A DNA stretch of 32,633 bases. Origin: a virus. Lineage: Duplodnaviria > Caudoviricetes. Positions 6,567 to 14,923 of the stretch are shown piece after piece. Under the pieces are notes generated by a model. It saw only the letters and a program-made list of their open reading frames with translations, had not been told where the DNA came from and did not search any database. Location of the stretch: IMG/VR virus record IMGVR_UViG_3300017914_002531, positions 1 to 32,633 of that record. One strand, written 5' to 3'. Every line of letters starts with the position of its first letter. Within the stretch, counting starts at the first letter, position 1. A program made the translations under genes and the position numbers.

Positions 6567-6625
6567 GAAATTGTATCACTGCGCAACAAAAAAGGGGACA
6601 GGCTAGTTACATCAAGGCTTGGAGG

Positions 6626-6832
6626 TTAATCCAGTTGTGCCTTGACCAGTTCAACAAGCGTCTTGTTCTTTTCGGCTATGTCCAGCAGGTGCTGGAACTG
6701 ATCCACGTCTATCTCAACGGTGGACCATCGATGAAAACAATCGAAGCATTCGCGTCGGCGACGTAGGTGGGCTCCCTGGCGCCTGGTCGAGAGTACTGCG
6801 CTGCTTGGGCCTTTGCAATTGGGACAATTCAT
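6626..6832 (-). CDS. NrdR-like zinc-ribbon protein without ATP cone
   Basis: MNCPNC..S.VLSTR...LRRRRECFDCFHRWSTVE. Confidence 0.8.
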   Translation of the reverse strand: MNCPNCKGPSSAVLSTRRQGAHLRRRRECFDCFHRWSTVEIDVDQFQHLLDIAEKNKTLVELVKAQLD

Positions 6833-7290
6833 AAGAACAGAAGCCGATTGGGGTTGGCCATAATCATGACCTGAGAGTTTTCACGTCCGAGGGTGCGGTG
6901 CCCGTCGCCGATACCGATGCAGCACTCCTCTGTTTCTCGATTGATAAAGGCGCGAACGCCGTCAGGAAGGAGGTTGCAGGTGCTCATGGCATCCAGAAGG
7001 CCATTGAGTCGCTCCCGGGTAGTACGAGAAGGGCGGCCCTTGGCATCGTAGAAGTCGCCACTAGAAAGAAGGAAGCAACAGACGCTACCCTCAGAGAGGA
7101 CCAGGGTGAAGATCACCTCGCCGAAAAGGCGAACTTGCAGGGTGCGTAATGGACATTCCTTGATGGAGCAGTCGACGAGTTGAACGCTTGTGTTACCTTG
7201 CTCGCTGTTAACGAAAGTCTGAGGGCTCTTCAGGAACTGTTCGACTTTCGCAACCGCGAACTGAGTGAGTTGTCTATTTGAGCGGGGCAT
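6829..7290 (-). CDS. Hypothetical protein
   Basis: Likely start MPRSNRQ at 7290 (GAGG RBS, TGCTACAAT -10 at about 7323-7331); TTRERLNGLL motif. Confidence 0.7.
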   Translation of the reverse strand: MPRSNRQLTQFAVAKVEQFLKSPQTFVNSEQGNTSVQLVDCSIKECPLRTLQVRLFGEVIFTLVLSEGSVCCFLLSSGDFYDAKGRPSRTTRERLNGLLDAMSTCNLLPDGVRAFINRETEECCIGIGDGHRTLGRENSQVMIMANPNRLLFL

Positions 7291-7312
7291 GGTGGGAACC
7301 TCTTGCAATGGT

Positions 7313-7516
7313 TTACAAATAAGATTGTAGCACGTTGGCCGTTTTGTCGTCTCCGGTCTTCCGGGCATACCAGATATGATCCAGAAGCTCTTCTTCGGAC
7401 CATAATGAAGGATCGCAACGCATTCCGGCGCCATTGACTGAATTCTCCTGGAAGGCAACCTGAATCGCCTTGTAGACCCAGACAAAGCTAAAGATCCTCC
7501 AAGCTGAAAGAATCAT
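7313..7516 (-). CDS. Hypothetical protein
   Basis: 67 aa; ATGA overlap and GAGGAGG RBS. Confidence 0.65.
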   Translation of the reverse strand: MILSAWRIFSFVWVYKAIQVAFQENSVNGAGMRCDPSLWSEEELLDHIWYARKTGDDKTANVLQSYL

Positions 7517-7755
7517 GCAACCTCCTCATCGTAGGACTTAAGTGCATTGGCCAAGTACTCGTTACGCACGTCGGCGTAGGGATACTCGTCGCTGTACCTC
7601 TCTGCATAATAAAGCATGTGCTCTTTATTTGTCAACATCTCCTTGACCTGTCGCTTGAGCCAGTCAGCCCGGTTGCCTCGCATGGGGCAGCGCAGGATGT
7701 ACTCGGCCAGTTGATGACCAGCGATGGTCATGTCTTGGATTGATTCAGTTCTCAT
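7513..7755 (-). CDS. Hypothetical protein
   Basis: 80 aa; AGGAGG RBS. Confidence 0.7.
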   Translation of the reverse strand: MRTESIQDMTIAGHQLAEYILRCPMRGNRADWLKRQVKEMLTNKEHMLYYAERYSDEYPYADVRNEYLANALKSYDEEVA

Positions 7756-7885
7756 GGTCTGATTCCTCCTTGGGTGGGTAGAGTTGGGCGATGGTTTCGT
7801 AGTAGCCGGGTGGCTCGAGGTCAGGGCGTCGAGCGAAGATCGCTTTCCAGTCGATGCCTCGAGTGATTTTTTCAGATTCGGACAA
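7745..7885 (-). CDS. Small cyanophage-type hypothetical protein
   Basis: IDWKAIFARRPDLEPPGY motif; start uncertain (TTG 7885 chosen). Confidence 0.6.
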   Translation of the reverse strand: MSESEKITRGIDWKAIFARRPDLEPPGYYETIAQLYPPKEESDHEN

Positions 7886-8219
7886 AGTCAGGGTACTCCT
7901 GGCGTTCGTTTCTTGGACTATACCACCACCGCTTTTCGGAGGTGGAGAGCTTGGGCAGTTCGTAAAAAGTCTTAATGGACTCCCACTCACCACCCCATTG
8001 ATCATAGACGGTTACAGAGTAAGACTCGTAACGGTTTGACCCCATGTCCGGCACCAGGCGGCGACCGATGCGGTTCCAACTGGGCTGCTTGCCCTTCCAC
8101 CGGAGGCTGCAACTGGGCCAGGGCAGTTCTTCTCGGTCGTAAAGACGGCAGATAGGTCCTTGGATCCGATAGATGAACGCACCGCCGGGGCTTGAAATCA
8201 TGGAGCCAGTTTCTAGCAT
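7872..8219 (-). CDS. Trp-rich hypothetical protein of cyanobacterial type
   Basis: GPICRLYDREELPWPSCSLRWKGKQPSWNRIGRR; TAATG overlap. Confidence 0.75.
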   Translation of the reverse strand: MLETGSMISSPGGAFIYRIQGPICRLYDREELPWPSCSLRWKGKQPSWNRIGRRLVPDMGSNRYESYSVTVYDQWGGEWESIKTFYELPKLSTSEKRWWYSPRNERQEYPDFVRI

Positions 8220-8341
8220 TAAAAGTAGGGAAGGAAGCGAATGATGAAAACGAGGATGGCTACTGCTACTAGCGGTCCAGCAATACCAAAGACGTTGAGC
8301 AACACACGCAGTAGGTTCAGGTAATACTCTTGCTGGTTCAT
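8219..8341 (-). CDS. 40-aa single-TM protein (absent from ORF track)
   Basis: MNQQEYYLNLLRVLLNVFGIAGPLVAVAILVFIIRFLPYF; fills the gap with a TAATG overlap. Confidence 0.6.
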   Translation of the reverse strand: MNQQEYYLNLLRVLLNVFGIAGPLVAVAILVFIIRFLPYF

Positions 8342-8343
8342 GT

Positions 8344-8550
8344 TCAATCGGAGTAGGTGAAGTCTTCCAGGTCGACGATCTGGTTGTTCATCTGGCAATA
8401 GATCAGAGTCCCTTCCAGCGCGTCAGAAAACTGCTGAACGTACTCGACGATCTCTGGGATGCCATCGAACTCCATCTCTGTGACGATCTGGCCATCGGGA
8501 AGAAATTCCGGCGCCCTGTCGCCGAGGAAGGTGAAGCGAGCTGTGTACAT
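8344..8550 (-). CDS. Acidic hypothetical protein
   Basis: Start MYTARF at 8550 with AAAGGAG RBS and own promoter. Confidence 0.75.
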   Translation of the reverse strand: MYTARFTFLGDRAPEFLPDGQIVTEMEFDGIPEIVEYVQQFSDALEGTLIYCQMNNQIVDLEDFTYSD

Positions 8551-8579
8551 GGAAGTCTCCTTTGCTTGAGTACCCTCAC

Positions 8580-8618
8580 AGTATAACCACAAAAAAAAGC
8601 CCCCGTCAAGCGGAGGCT
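8580..8618 (-). promoter_or_regulatory. Portal terminator fused to a sigma70-type promoter (TTGACG-N18-TATACT)
   Basis: Minus strand AGCCTCCGC-TTGACG-GGGGC-TTTTTTTT-GTGGT-TATACT. Confidence 0.7.
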
Positions 8619-8639
8619 GGTAAGTACTTTGACTCAACC

Positions 8640-10262
8640 TTACTGGGCAACCTTGGCCGCTTGAGCTGTTTTGTCTTGCTCGGTCTTCTTGCTCGGTACT
8701 TGCTCGGTCTTGTTCGCAGAAGACTGACCGGACGAGGCCTGATCGCCTCCCTGGCCAGGCTGGGTAGGGGCTCGCTTCTGGAACTCTTCCGCACGCTTGA
8801 GGTCTTCTCCAAGCTTCTGCTCGGCCTCTTCAACCTGCAGCTGGTGTTCAGCTTCCTTGTCTTCGTCGATCCGAGCCATCTCGTCATCGATGACCAGGTC
8901 TGGATCTAGGACACCGCCTCTCTGTAGCTCATCGAGCACCGTCCTCTTGGAGAGCAGGTCGTTGCTGTAAAGGTTGACCAGCTGAGCCATCTCACTGGCG
9001 CCCATGGGCTTATTGATCAGCGAGTCGTTCATTGCGATACCTGACTCTTTGGTGATCTGCTCCTGCTCGCCTGCATACCAGGCCCAGAGGCGCATCACCG
9101 TGCCGAACATAGCGGTCTTGTTGCGGACCAGCGCAGCCACACTGGAGCTGATCTGGGAGGCTCTAAGGGCAGCCTCTGTGGCTGTCTTGACGTTAGCCCC
9201 ATACAGGAAGTTCAGGGAACTGCGGTCCATCAGTTCTTCAACGTGCTTGACCTCATCCTGATGGCGCTCGAGGCTCTTACCAGAGGGCTCTGCGAAGTTA
9301 AATTCGCCACCTTCTGCGGGTAGATCCACAGCGGTGTTGGGCCCCAGTACCAGGGCAGGAGGGCGGCCGTCAGGCCCGACGGGTGCGCCCTTGCGGACGG
9401 GCACAGGCATTGCGCACTTGTGCAGCAGCTCTTGCAGGTCAGAGCGCATTTGGTAATGCTGGATGCTCAGGTCAGCCAGACCGTCCATGGGCAGGTCACC
9501 CTGAGCGAAACGGCTAGAGGTTGCGCCGTACCAAACGATGGGCGCAACGGGCATCGTCGTGCTGATGCTATCGACGAGCTGATTCTCCCAGCGGGAGGGA
9601 CCGGTCTTAACCAGTCGATACATCTCGACCTTGCCTGGGGTCAGCACGTAATAGATAGGTTCGACCTTGCTACCAAACTCTGCCTCGGGATTAGGCACGC
9701 TGCGAAGTTGCCGAACAGTGACCTGGGAGACGGTCTCAACGCCTTTCTCGTAGCTGACTTGCCAGTTGATCACATCGGAGCGACGGATGCTGATCAGGTA
9801 GGGATGGCGCTCGTCGCGCATCTGGTCGAAAAAGTTGTCGTTGCCGTTCTCGGGCATCATGTCGACCATTATGTAGGTGCCGCCGTCACGGAGGGCCAGC
9901 TCGTCTACCTGGGTCAAAAACGACTGAATACTAGAACCTTGAAGGTCCACGTTCCCTTGCGCCTTCTGCAGGGATTCGGGGGCTTCTACCAGCTGGAAGC
10001 GGCTAAGCAGACCAGCGTAGGAGCGGATGCTGTCGCGATAGATCGGAGTGTATGTAGAGCGCTCGAGGCGTGCCTTGTAAGCCTGTGCGGGCTCTGCGGG
10101 CTCCCGATGCAGGTACTTCTCCTTGGCCTTGCCAAGACCATCAGCGTTGAGAAGAGTCCAGCAGTCGTAGGCTTGCTCAAGCTGGGGTAGCAATCTCAGC
10201 AACTCTTGTCGGTGGTAGCTGACTAGGGTTGGATCGTTTACTGGATGTGGAATACCGTGCAT
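8640..10262 (-). CDS. Portal protein (DUF4055 type)
   Basis: 540 aa; KYLHREPAEP..AYKARLER, NVDLQGSSI, VINW, LADLSIQHYQ, KTATEA, LSKRTVLDELQRGGVL. Confidence 0.88.
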   Translation of the reverse strand: MHGIPHPVNDPTLVSYHRQELLRLLPQLEQAYDCWTLLNADGLGKAKEKYLHREPAEPAQAYKARLERSTYTPIYRDSIRSYAGLLSRFQLVEAPESLQKAQGNVDLQGSSIQSFLTQVDELALRDGGTYIMVDMMPENGNDNFFDQMRDERHPYLISIRRSDVINWQVSYEKGVETVSQVTVRQLRSVPNPEAEFGSKVEPIYYVLTPGKVEMYRLVKTGPSRWENQLVDSISTTMPVAPIVWYGATSSRFAQGDLPMDGLADLSIQHYQMRSDLQELLHKCAMPVPVRKGAPVGPDGRPPALVLGPNTAVDLPAEGGEFNFAEPSGKSLERHQDEVKHVEELMDRSSLNFLYGANVKTATEAALRASQISSSVAALVRNKTAMFGTVMRLWAWYAGEQEQITKESGIAMNDSLINKPMGASEMAQLVNLYSNDLLSKRTVLDELQRGGVLDPDLVIDDEMARIDEDKEAEHQLQVEEAEQKLGEDLKRAEEFQKRAPTQPGQGGDQASSGQSSANKTEQVPSKKTEQDKTAQAAKVAQ

Positions 10263-10348
10263 CGGAGTCTCTCGATGGTGGGCGTCGCGCCCTGGAAAGT
10301 GGGAGGAAGGAGCGTCTCGCTGCCTGTCTATATAGAGTGCCAGACATG

Positions 10349-10376
10349 AAAAAGCCGGGGTTTCTCAGGCCCCGGC
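10349..10376 (-). terminator. Rho-independent terminator after dcd
   Basis: Minus strand GCCGGGG-CCTGAGAAA-CCCCGGC-TTTTT. Confidence 0.8.
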
Positions 10377-10425
10377 CATGCTTCCGCAACCGTTTCTTCG
10401 GGTTGGACTTAAAAAGTATACCAGA

Positions 10426-10926
10426 CTACCCTTTGGAAACTTGAACCCCGTGGTCGCCCTGGTACCTGCCGGTCAGTCCATAGCCCCTCATAGGAAGCTC
10501 ATCGACCTTCATGAAGCGGAGCTGGCCAATCCTCAGCCCTGCTGTCAGGGGTAGCTCCTTGAACCTCCTTGAGTTATGAAGTTCGAGGGTCACGTTTCCG
10601 TGGAAACCGGGGTCTATATAGGCAGCTAGTTGGTGCCCGTATCCTTCTCTACCACGACTGGATTTGAGTTGGAAGACGGATTCCAAGTTATTGGGAACCC
10701 GAACCCACTCATTAGTACTGGCAAGAACAAAAGCGCCAGGAGGCATCCAAAAGGTTTCTTTAGAGATGTTGAATTCCGTAAAGCCACCGTGGTCGTTCTC
10801 GACCAGGATGATTGGGGCAAGTGTGACGTCATAAGAAGCGGGATTGACAAGTTCAGGATCGAAGGGTTCGACGAGACCGATTTCCCTGCAGAGCTTTCTG
10901 ATTTGATGATCGACGATGGTTGCCAT
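10426..10926 (-). CDS. dcd: dCTP deaminase
   Basis: VNPASYDVTL, FVLASTNE, KSSRGREG, AYIDPGFHGNVTLEL, RIGQLRF, GRYQG. Confidence 0.93.
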   Translation of the reverse strand: MATIVDHQIRKLCREIGLVEPFDPELVNPASYDVTLAPIILVENDHGGFTEFNISKETFWMPPGAFVLASTNEWVRVPNNLESVFQLKSSRGREGYGHQLAAYIDPGFHGNVTLELHNSRRFKELPLTAGLRIGQLRFMKVDELPMRGYGLTGRYQGDHGVQVSKG

Positions 10927-11132
10927 TAGGATAAGAAGTTAGGGTCTTTTCTGGAAACGTACTTCCCGTGATACTTGATGTTGGCCCGCATGTAAGCGTT
11001 CCAGGCTTGTTGCAGTTGATTGACGTCGATGTAGACGCCTATTTTTCGGGCCTCGCCATTCTCGGGGTACCTCAAATTCCAGATGTGCTGGAAGCCCCGA
11101 AGGGCCTCCTCCACACGTTCCTTCTTTGTCAT
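10926..11132 (-). CDS. Hypothetical protein
   Basis: 68 aa; coupled to nrdJ (ATGA) and dcd (TAATG). Confidence 0.7.
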   Translation of the reverse strand: MTKKERVEEALRGFQHIWNLRYPENGEARKIGVYIDVNQLQQAWNAYMRANIKYHGKYVSRKDPNFLS

Positions 11133-13432
11133 AAGTTCTTCTCCCTTTCGTCGGATTCTGCCTTGGCGATACAGGCTGCCGATGTACAGCCGGCGACGCT
11201 TTCGATGTTCCAGTCGGAGCTGTCGTACTTGTTGAGGATAGATAGGAATCCCTCCTCAGAGCCAGACACATCTTGGATCATCTTAAGTCGGTCATACTCT
11301 TCCTTGGAGATTGGCTCAAACGGCAAGCGAGGAAAAGTCCCACCATCGACGTCGAAGCGAGCAAGTAGAGCGGCAGAAATGTAGCCAGTACCCCGATCGA
11401 TACTGTCGTGGATAAGGCCTGCGAGAGTGTCGATTTCTTCTTCACGGAGTTCGATCGTAGCGGAGGTATTGTGGTCGGTATAGTGCTGCTGCACATTCAT
11501 GTACAGACCCCACTGTGCTTCAACGGGAAGCTTGGCAAGGTCGAACTGATCGCAGCCAGGGATGTTAGCCCAGCTCACTTCGGTTGGGATTTCGACCAAG
11601 ACCTCAAGTACACGAGGATCAGCAATATCATCAAGGAGATTTCCAGCGTCGTCCCGAGCTGATTGGGCAGGGATAACTGAATATCCTGACTCGATGAGGG
11701 CTGGGACGAGCGGGTCATTGACTCCAAGGGTGATACGACGGATGAAACGCTGAGCCTTGGGAGGATGCCAGCCAGAGGAGGCTCCCGTCAGCAGGCTCTT
11801 GGTTCCTGCAGGCTGCACGGTGGTGATCCGGTTGGGAATACGCAGGCCATGGGCCTTGCAGTAATCGGTGACGCCACGGTGTGCAGCATCGCGCCAGATC
11901 ACCAGGAAGTGCTGTTCCATGCCGTTGTACATGTCAGAGGCACGGCGGCCCTTGCGGCCTTCCATCATCCATTTCAGCCAGTCGAAACCGCCAGCGTGAA
12001 CCAGAAAATCAAACAGGCCAGTGAAACTAACGCCAACGATCGGATCGATCTCACGAGAATACTGGTATCTTTCGTGGACAAATTGATGTTGGAGCAGAGC
12101 AGCAACCTGTAGTCCAGCGGCGTAAAACGCGGCCTTCTGTCCTTCATAGTCAGACGGGTCGATGGTGTTCAGGTGTACTTCTGCAAGGTTGCAGTGAAAG
12201 TCGCGGCCAATGATCTCACCACAGGGGTTGAGTCCATAGCGGTCCATACGGTGCTGGAGTTCGCGCTCATCCAGCTCAGGGGCCAGGGCCTCCAGGAAAG
12301 CCTTGGCAGCATCGCGCCCCTGCTCGGTGTACGTGTCCAGGAAGACTTTCTTGGTCTTGAAGTCCAACAAGTCAGCGTTGGCACGGGCCACAGCCTCGGG
12401 AACATACTGGATTGCACCTTCACCACTGGTGAACTGCAGGGACACAGCGTCCTTGACCTCTTCTAGCGTTGGCTTGGTGTGGTAGCAGCGGGTGTGGTTA
12501 GCCATGCGGAGAGCTTCCTTTTTGGGGTCCACACTCCAGTTGCCGTCCTCGTCCTGGCGGTAGAGTCCAAGCTTGGCGTTGGCCGCAACCTGATCACCCT
12601 GGCTAAACTGGCGCATGCCGGCAGAGCGGCGAATGTTGCCAGCAACAATGGCGGTGGCAGCTTCATCGATCAGCAGGCAGGCTTCAACAGAGGTCAGGCG
12701 GCGACCTTTAGCGCCGTTCAGGAGGTCTACCACCTTGCGAAAGGCGTCCTCAAGCTTGACGGGGTTAGATGTACCGCCAAAGCCTTTCAGACGCTCTCCA
12801 GAAGGGCGTACGCTGCTCAGGTCCAGGTGCAGGCGGACGTGTCCACCATTGCGGGGTAGACCACGGTGGGCCAGATTGACGATGAACTGGTACGCATCAC
12901 GCCAACCTTGACGGGAGTCACCCACCTTCAGGTAAACAATTCCAGAAGGAAGCAGGGACTCGTAGCTGGTGAAGTCGTCACGCTTGCTAGGAGCCCGACC
13001 GCCGACTGGACTAACAGAGACGATCTCGATGCGGTGAGCAACCTCGGGCAGCCTGTCGATGACGTCCTGCTCCAGGACAGCGCCAGTGCCAGAGCCTTGC
13101 ATGGCCAGGTCGACCAGAAGTCCGAAGGCGTCAAGGTCTTCGATATGGGTGCTTGTGCAGTTGTAGTAGCCGCTGAAATTCTCGGGTCGCTTGGACCAGT
13201 CGGTGCCAGCGACCCAAAAGGCACGACCAGAAGGGAACGCACGCTGCTTCAGGGCCTGTTCCATAACCAGGTCATGCTCTTCGACGTCATAGCTACCGAT
13301 ACGCGCAAGGTCGTTAATAGTGCGGGTCATTGCCTCGCGGAAGTTCTCACGGGTGCCATCTTCTTTTCGACGGCTGTAGGTGCGGTAGAAAACCGTCTCC
13401 GCTGACGGTGCCTGGGGGCGAAATTCGTTCAT
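11129..13432 (-). CDS. nrdJ: Class II (adenosylcobalamin-dependent) ribonucleotide reductase, monomeric cyanobacterial type
   Basis: RTYSR, FPSGR, YNCT, VGDSRQGW, AGNIRRSA, LNPCGEI, CNLAEV, TTVQPAGTKSLL, DHNTSAT; C-terminal GCTSAAC. Confidence 0.95.
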   Translation of the reverse strand: MNEFRPQAPSAETVFYRTYSRRKEDGTRENFREAMTRTINDLARIGSYDVEEHDLVMEQALKQRAFPSGRAFWVAGTDWSKRPENFSGYYNCTSTHIEDLDAFGLLVDLAMQGSGTGAVLEQDVIDRLPEVAHRIEIVSVSPVGGRAPSKRDDFTSYESLLPSGIVYLKVGDSRQGWRDAYQFIVNLAHRGLPRNGGHVRLHLDLSSVRPSGERLKGFGGTSNPVKLEDAFRKVVDLLNGAKGRRLTSVEACLLIDEAATAIVAGNIRRSAGMRQFSQGDQVAANAKLGLYRQDEDGNWSVDPKKEALRMANHTRCYHTKPTLEEVKDAVSLQFTSGEGAIQYVPEAVARANADLLDFKTKKVFLDTYTEQGRDAAKAFLEALAPELDERELQHRMDRYGLNPCGEIIGRDFHCNLAEVHLNTIDPSDYEGQKAAFYAAGLQVAALLQHQFVHERYQYSREIDPIVGVSFTGLFDFLVHAGGFDWLKWMMEGRKGRRASDMYNGMEQHFLVIWRDAAHRGVTDYCKAHGLRIPNRITTVQPAGTKSLLTGASSGWHPPKAQRFIRRITLGVNDPLVPALIESGYSVIPAQSARDDAGNLLDDIADPRVLEVLVEIPTEVSWANIPGCDQFDLAKLPVEAQWGLYMNVQQHYTDHNTSATIELREEEIDTLAGLIHDSIDRGTGYISAALLARFDVDGGTFPRLPFEPISKEEYDRLKMIQDVSGSEEGFLSILNKYDSSDWNIESVAGCTSAACIAKAESDEREKNL

Positions 13433-13477
13433 AGTGTTTTTAGCGCGTGAGTAAAGGCTACCTGTTCAGCTTACAGT

Positions 13478-13528
13478 AAAAAGGGCCCTCGTGGGGCCCA
13501 GTGTGACAGTTTTTTAACAAAGTCAGAT
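13478..13528 (-). terminator. Terminator hairpin with adjacent GTGACA-N5-TTAACA tandem element, copy 1
   Basis: GGGCCC-CACGA-GGGCCC-TTTTT on the minus strand; flanking motif shared with 13791-13839. Confidence 0.7.
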
Positions 13529-13753
13529 CCGTCGCCAGGCTCCAACCTCGAAAGCGCTTGGAGCATATTCAGGCTGCTCGCTGACTGTTAGCTCTGTGAA
13601 GCCGACCCTGAGGGCTGCCTGATACAGGGCGCGGAGGTCGGTGATGGTCGTGAAGCGTGAGCCGTAGTAGCCGACCTCGTCGTTCAGTGGCTGAAAGGTG
13701 CGGAGGTCGCCAGTGGCTGGGTTGCTGAGGGTGAAGATTTTGGTGTTGGTCAT
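13523..13753 (-). CDS. Hypothetical protein
   Basis: Start MTNTKIF at 13753 with AAGGGAG RBS and -10 CATACT at 13781-13786. Confidence 0.75.
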   Translation of the reverse strand: MTNTKIFTLSNPATGDLRTFQPLNDEVGYYGSRFTTITDLRALYQAALRVGFTELTVSEQPEYAPSAFEVGAWRRI

Positions 13754-13780
13754 TGGGGTTGCTCCCTTTGGTACGAATTC

Positions 13781-13839
13781 AGTATGGCACAAAAAAGGCC
13801 CCGTAGGGCCTGCGTGACAAAAACGTAACAAAGTCAGAT
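13781..13839 (-). promoter_or_regulatory. Terminator fused to a -10, with GTGACA-N5-GTAACA tandem element, copy 2
   Basis: Minus strand TGTTACGTTTTTGTCAC-GC-AGGCCC-TACG-GGGCC-TTTTTT-GTGC-CATACT. Confidence 0.65.
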
Positions 13840-14148
13840 TGCATCGACGACAAACAGAACATCGGCCTTGCGACCCGAGCGAGTCGGGCGGCGAAGCTTC
13901 TTGCCATCTTCGTCGAGCTTGAATGAAACCTGGCCAAACCGCTTCAGCTCGCTGCAACGAGCACTGGCGGTCTGATGTCTTAAGGACAACTCAACTTCTA
14001 CCTCATCGCATGTCTTCCCTTCCGGGCTGGCGGCAATGTGATTACGGATTCTGGTGCGCAGAGTCTCGGCTGACTCTTGCATGGATGTCGCGGCTTCGCG
14101 ACTGGACTGGTCGCCAGTGACGTAGCCGGGCTCAAAAGGATATGCCAT
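13834..14148 (-). CDS. Winged HTH DNA-binding protein
   Basis: SSREAA, GKTCDEVEVELSLRHQTASARCSELKRFGQV, RRPTRSGRKADV. Confidence 0.8.
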   Translation of the reverse strand: MAYPFEPGYVTGDQSSREAATSMQESAETLRTRIRNHIAASPEGKTCDEVEVELSLRHQTASARCSELKRFGQVSFKLDEDGKKLRRPTRSGRKADVLFVVDAI

Positions 14149-14297
14149 CAGGAAACCAGCAGGACGCTAATGATCAGGCAGCCAGGGAACAGCTTTCTGA
14201 TTGACTCAACAGCTTGTTCGATGGATTCGCCTTTGGCGGAAATGTGAGTCGCGGTCGACTCACCCATACGCCTGTAGGTAATGTCAAAGGATTTCAT
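14148..14297 (-). CDS. Hypothetical protein (49 aa, absent from ORF track)
   Basis: MKSFDITYRRMGESTATHISAKGESIEQAVESIRKLFPGCLIISVLLVS; ATGA and TGATG overlaps. Confidence 0.65.
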   Translation of the reverse strand: MKSFDITYRRMGESTATHISAKGESIEQAVESIRKLFPGCLIISVLLVS

Positions 14298-14503
14298 GAT
14301 TGCACCTCGGTAACGGTGAGACGGGTCCAGTTAGTCTTGGTGTTGTCGAACTTACGGGCAGCTTCGTACTGATTCTTGCCTTCGACAACAAACTCCTGAA
14401 AAACTGGCTCGCGACTGGGTGGAATCCGGTAACGACGAGCCAGAACCCTGAACTTGGTCAGGGGTTTAGCGGGGAAGAAGAAACAGAAGATACGTGAGAA
14501 CAT
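14294..14503 (-). CDS. Hypothetical protein
   Basis: 69 aa ORF within a coupled run. Confidence 0.65.
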   Translation of the reverse strand: MFSRIFCFFFPAKPLTKFRVLARRYRIPPSREPVFQEFVVEGKNQYEAARKFDNTKTNWTRLTVTEVQS

Positions 14504-14506
14504 GAT

Positions 14507-14758
14507 TCAGTCGTAGATACGGCAGAGGTCCGATCCTGGATGAAGGGCGCAATGCCGATCATAAAAGGTAGCGGATGAGTTCAACCAATTCTCCTGCTGG
14601 CTAGCCAGGGGAGAGCTGTCGGACTCAAAAGGGAAAGCGTCGTCGCGGTCAAGGTGGCCACAGGCGACATTTGACCTGCACTTGTCGCAGGGGTTTTTGC
14701 AGGGCATGATGTTGGCTCGGTCGTTGAAACGAGAGAAGATGAAGGAAGGCCGTAGCAT
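14507..14758 (-). CDS. CP12-like protein (C-terminal CP12 motif only) with N-terminal Cys cluster
   Basis: C-terminus FYDRHCALHPGSDLCRIYD fits C-x3-P-x4-C-x2-YD; start at 14758 or 14707. Confidence 0.65.
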   Translation of the reverse strand: MLRPSFIFSRFNDRANIMPCKNPCDKCRSNVACGHLDRDDAFPFESDSSPLASQQENWLNSSATFYDRHCALHPGSDLCRIYD

Positions 14759-14889
14759 TACTTGCCTTGCCCGCGATAAGCCTTCTGCCCGCGCTTCTTG
14801 AAGGATCCACGCCTGCGAAGACCGTCACCGATGCTGGTGCGCTTCTTCTTGCCGCCTTTGAAAGCTTCTGTTTTGTAATAAAGTGCCAT
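14758..14889 (-). CDS. 43-aa highly basic protein ending YRGQGK
   Basis: MALYYKTEAFKGGKKKRTSIGDGLRRRGSFKKRGQKAYRGQGK. Confidence 0.75.
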   Translation of the reverse strand: MALYYKTEAFKGGKKKRTSIGDGLRRRGSFKKRGQKAYRGQGK

Positions 14890-14923
14890 GTTGTGGGAGG
14901 GTGAGTAGTGAACTGCTATCAGT

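Noticed and set aside
11129-13432. Intein or intron in nrdJ, terL or dnaB
   Set aside because: Lengths and motif spacing look normal, and no splicing or homing-endonuclease motifs were seen.
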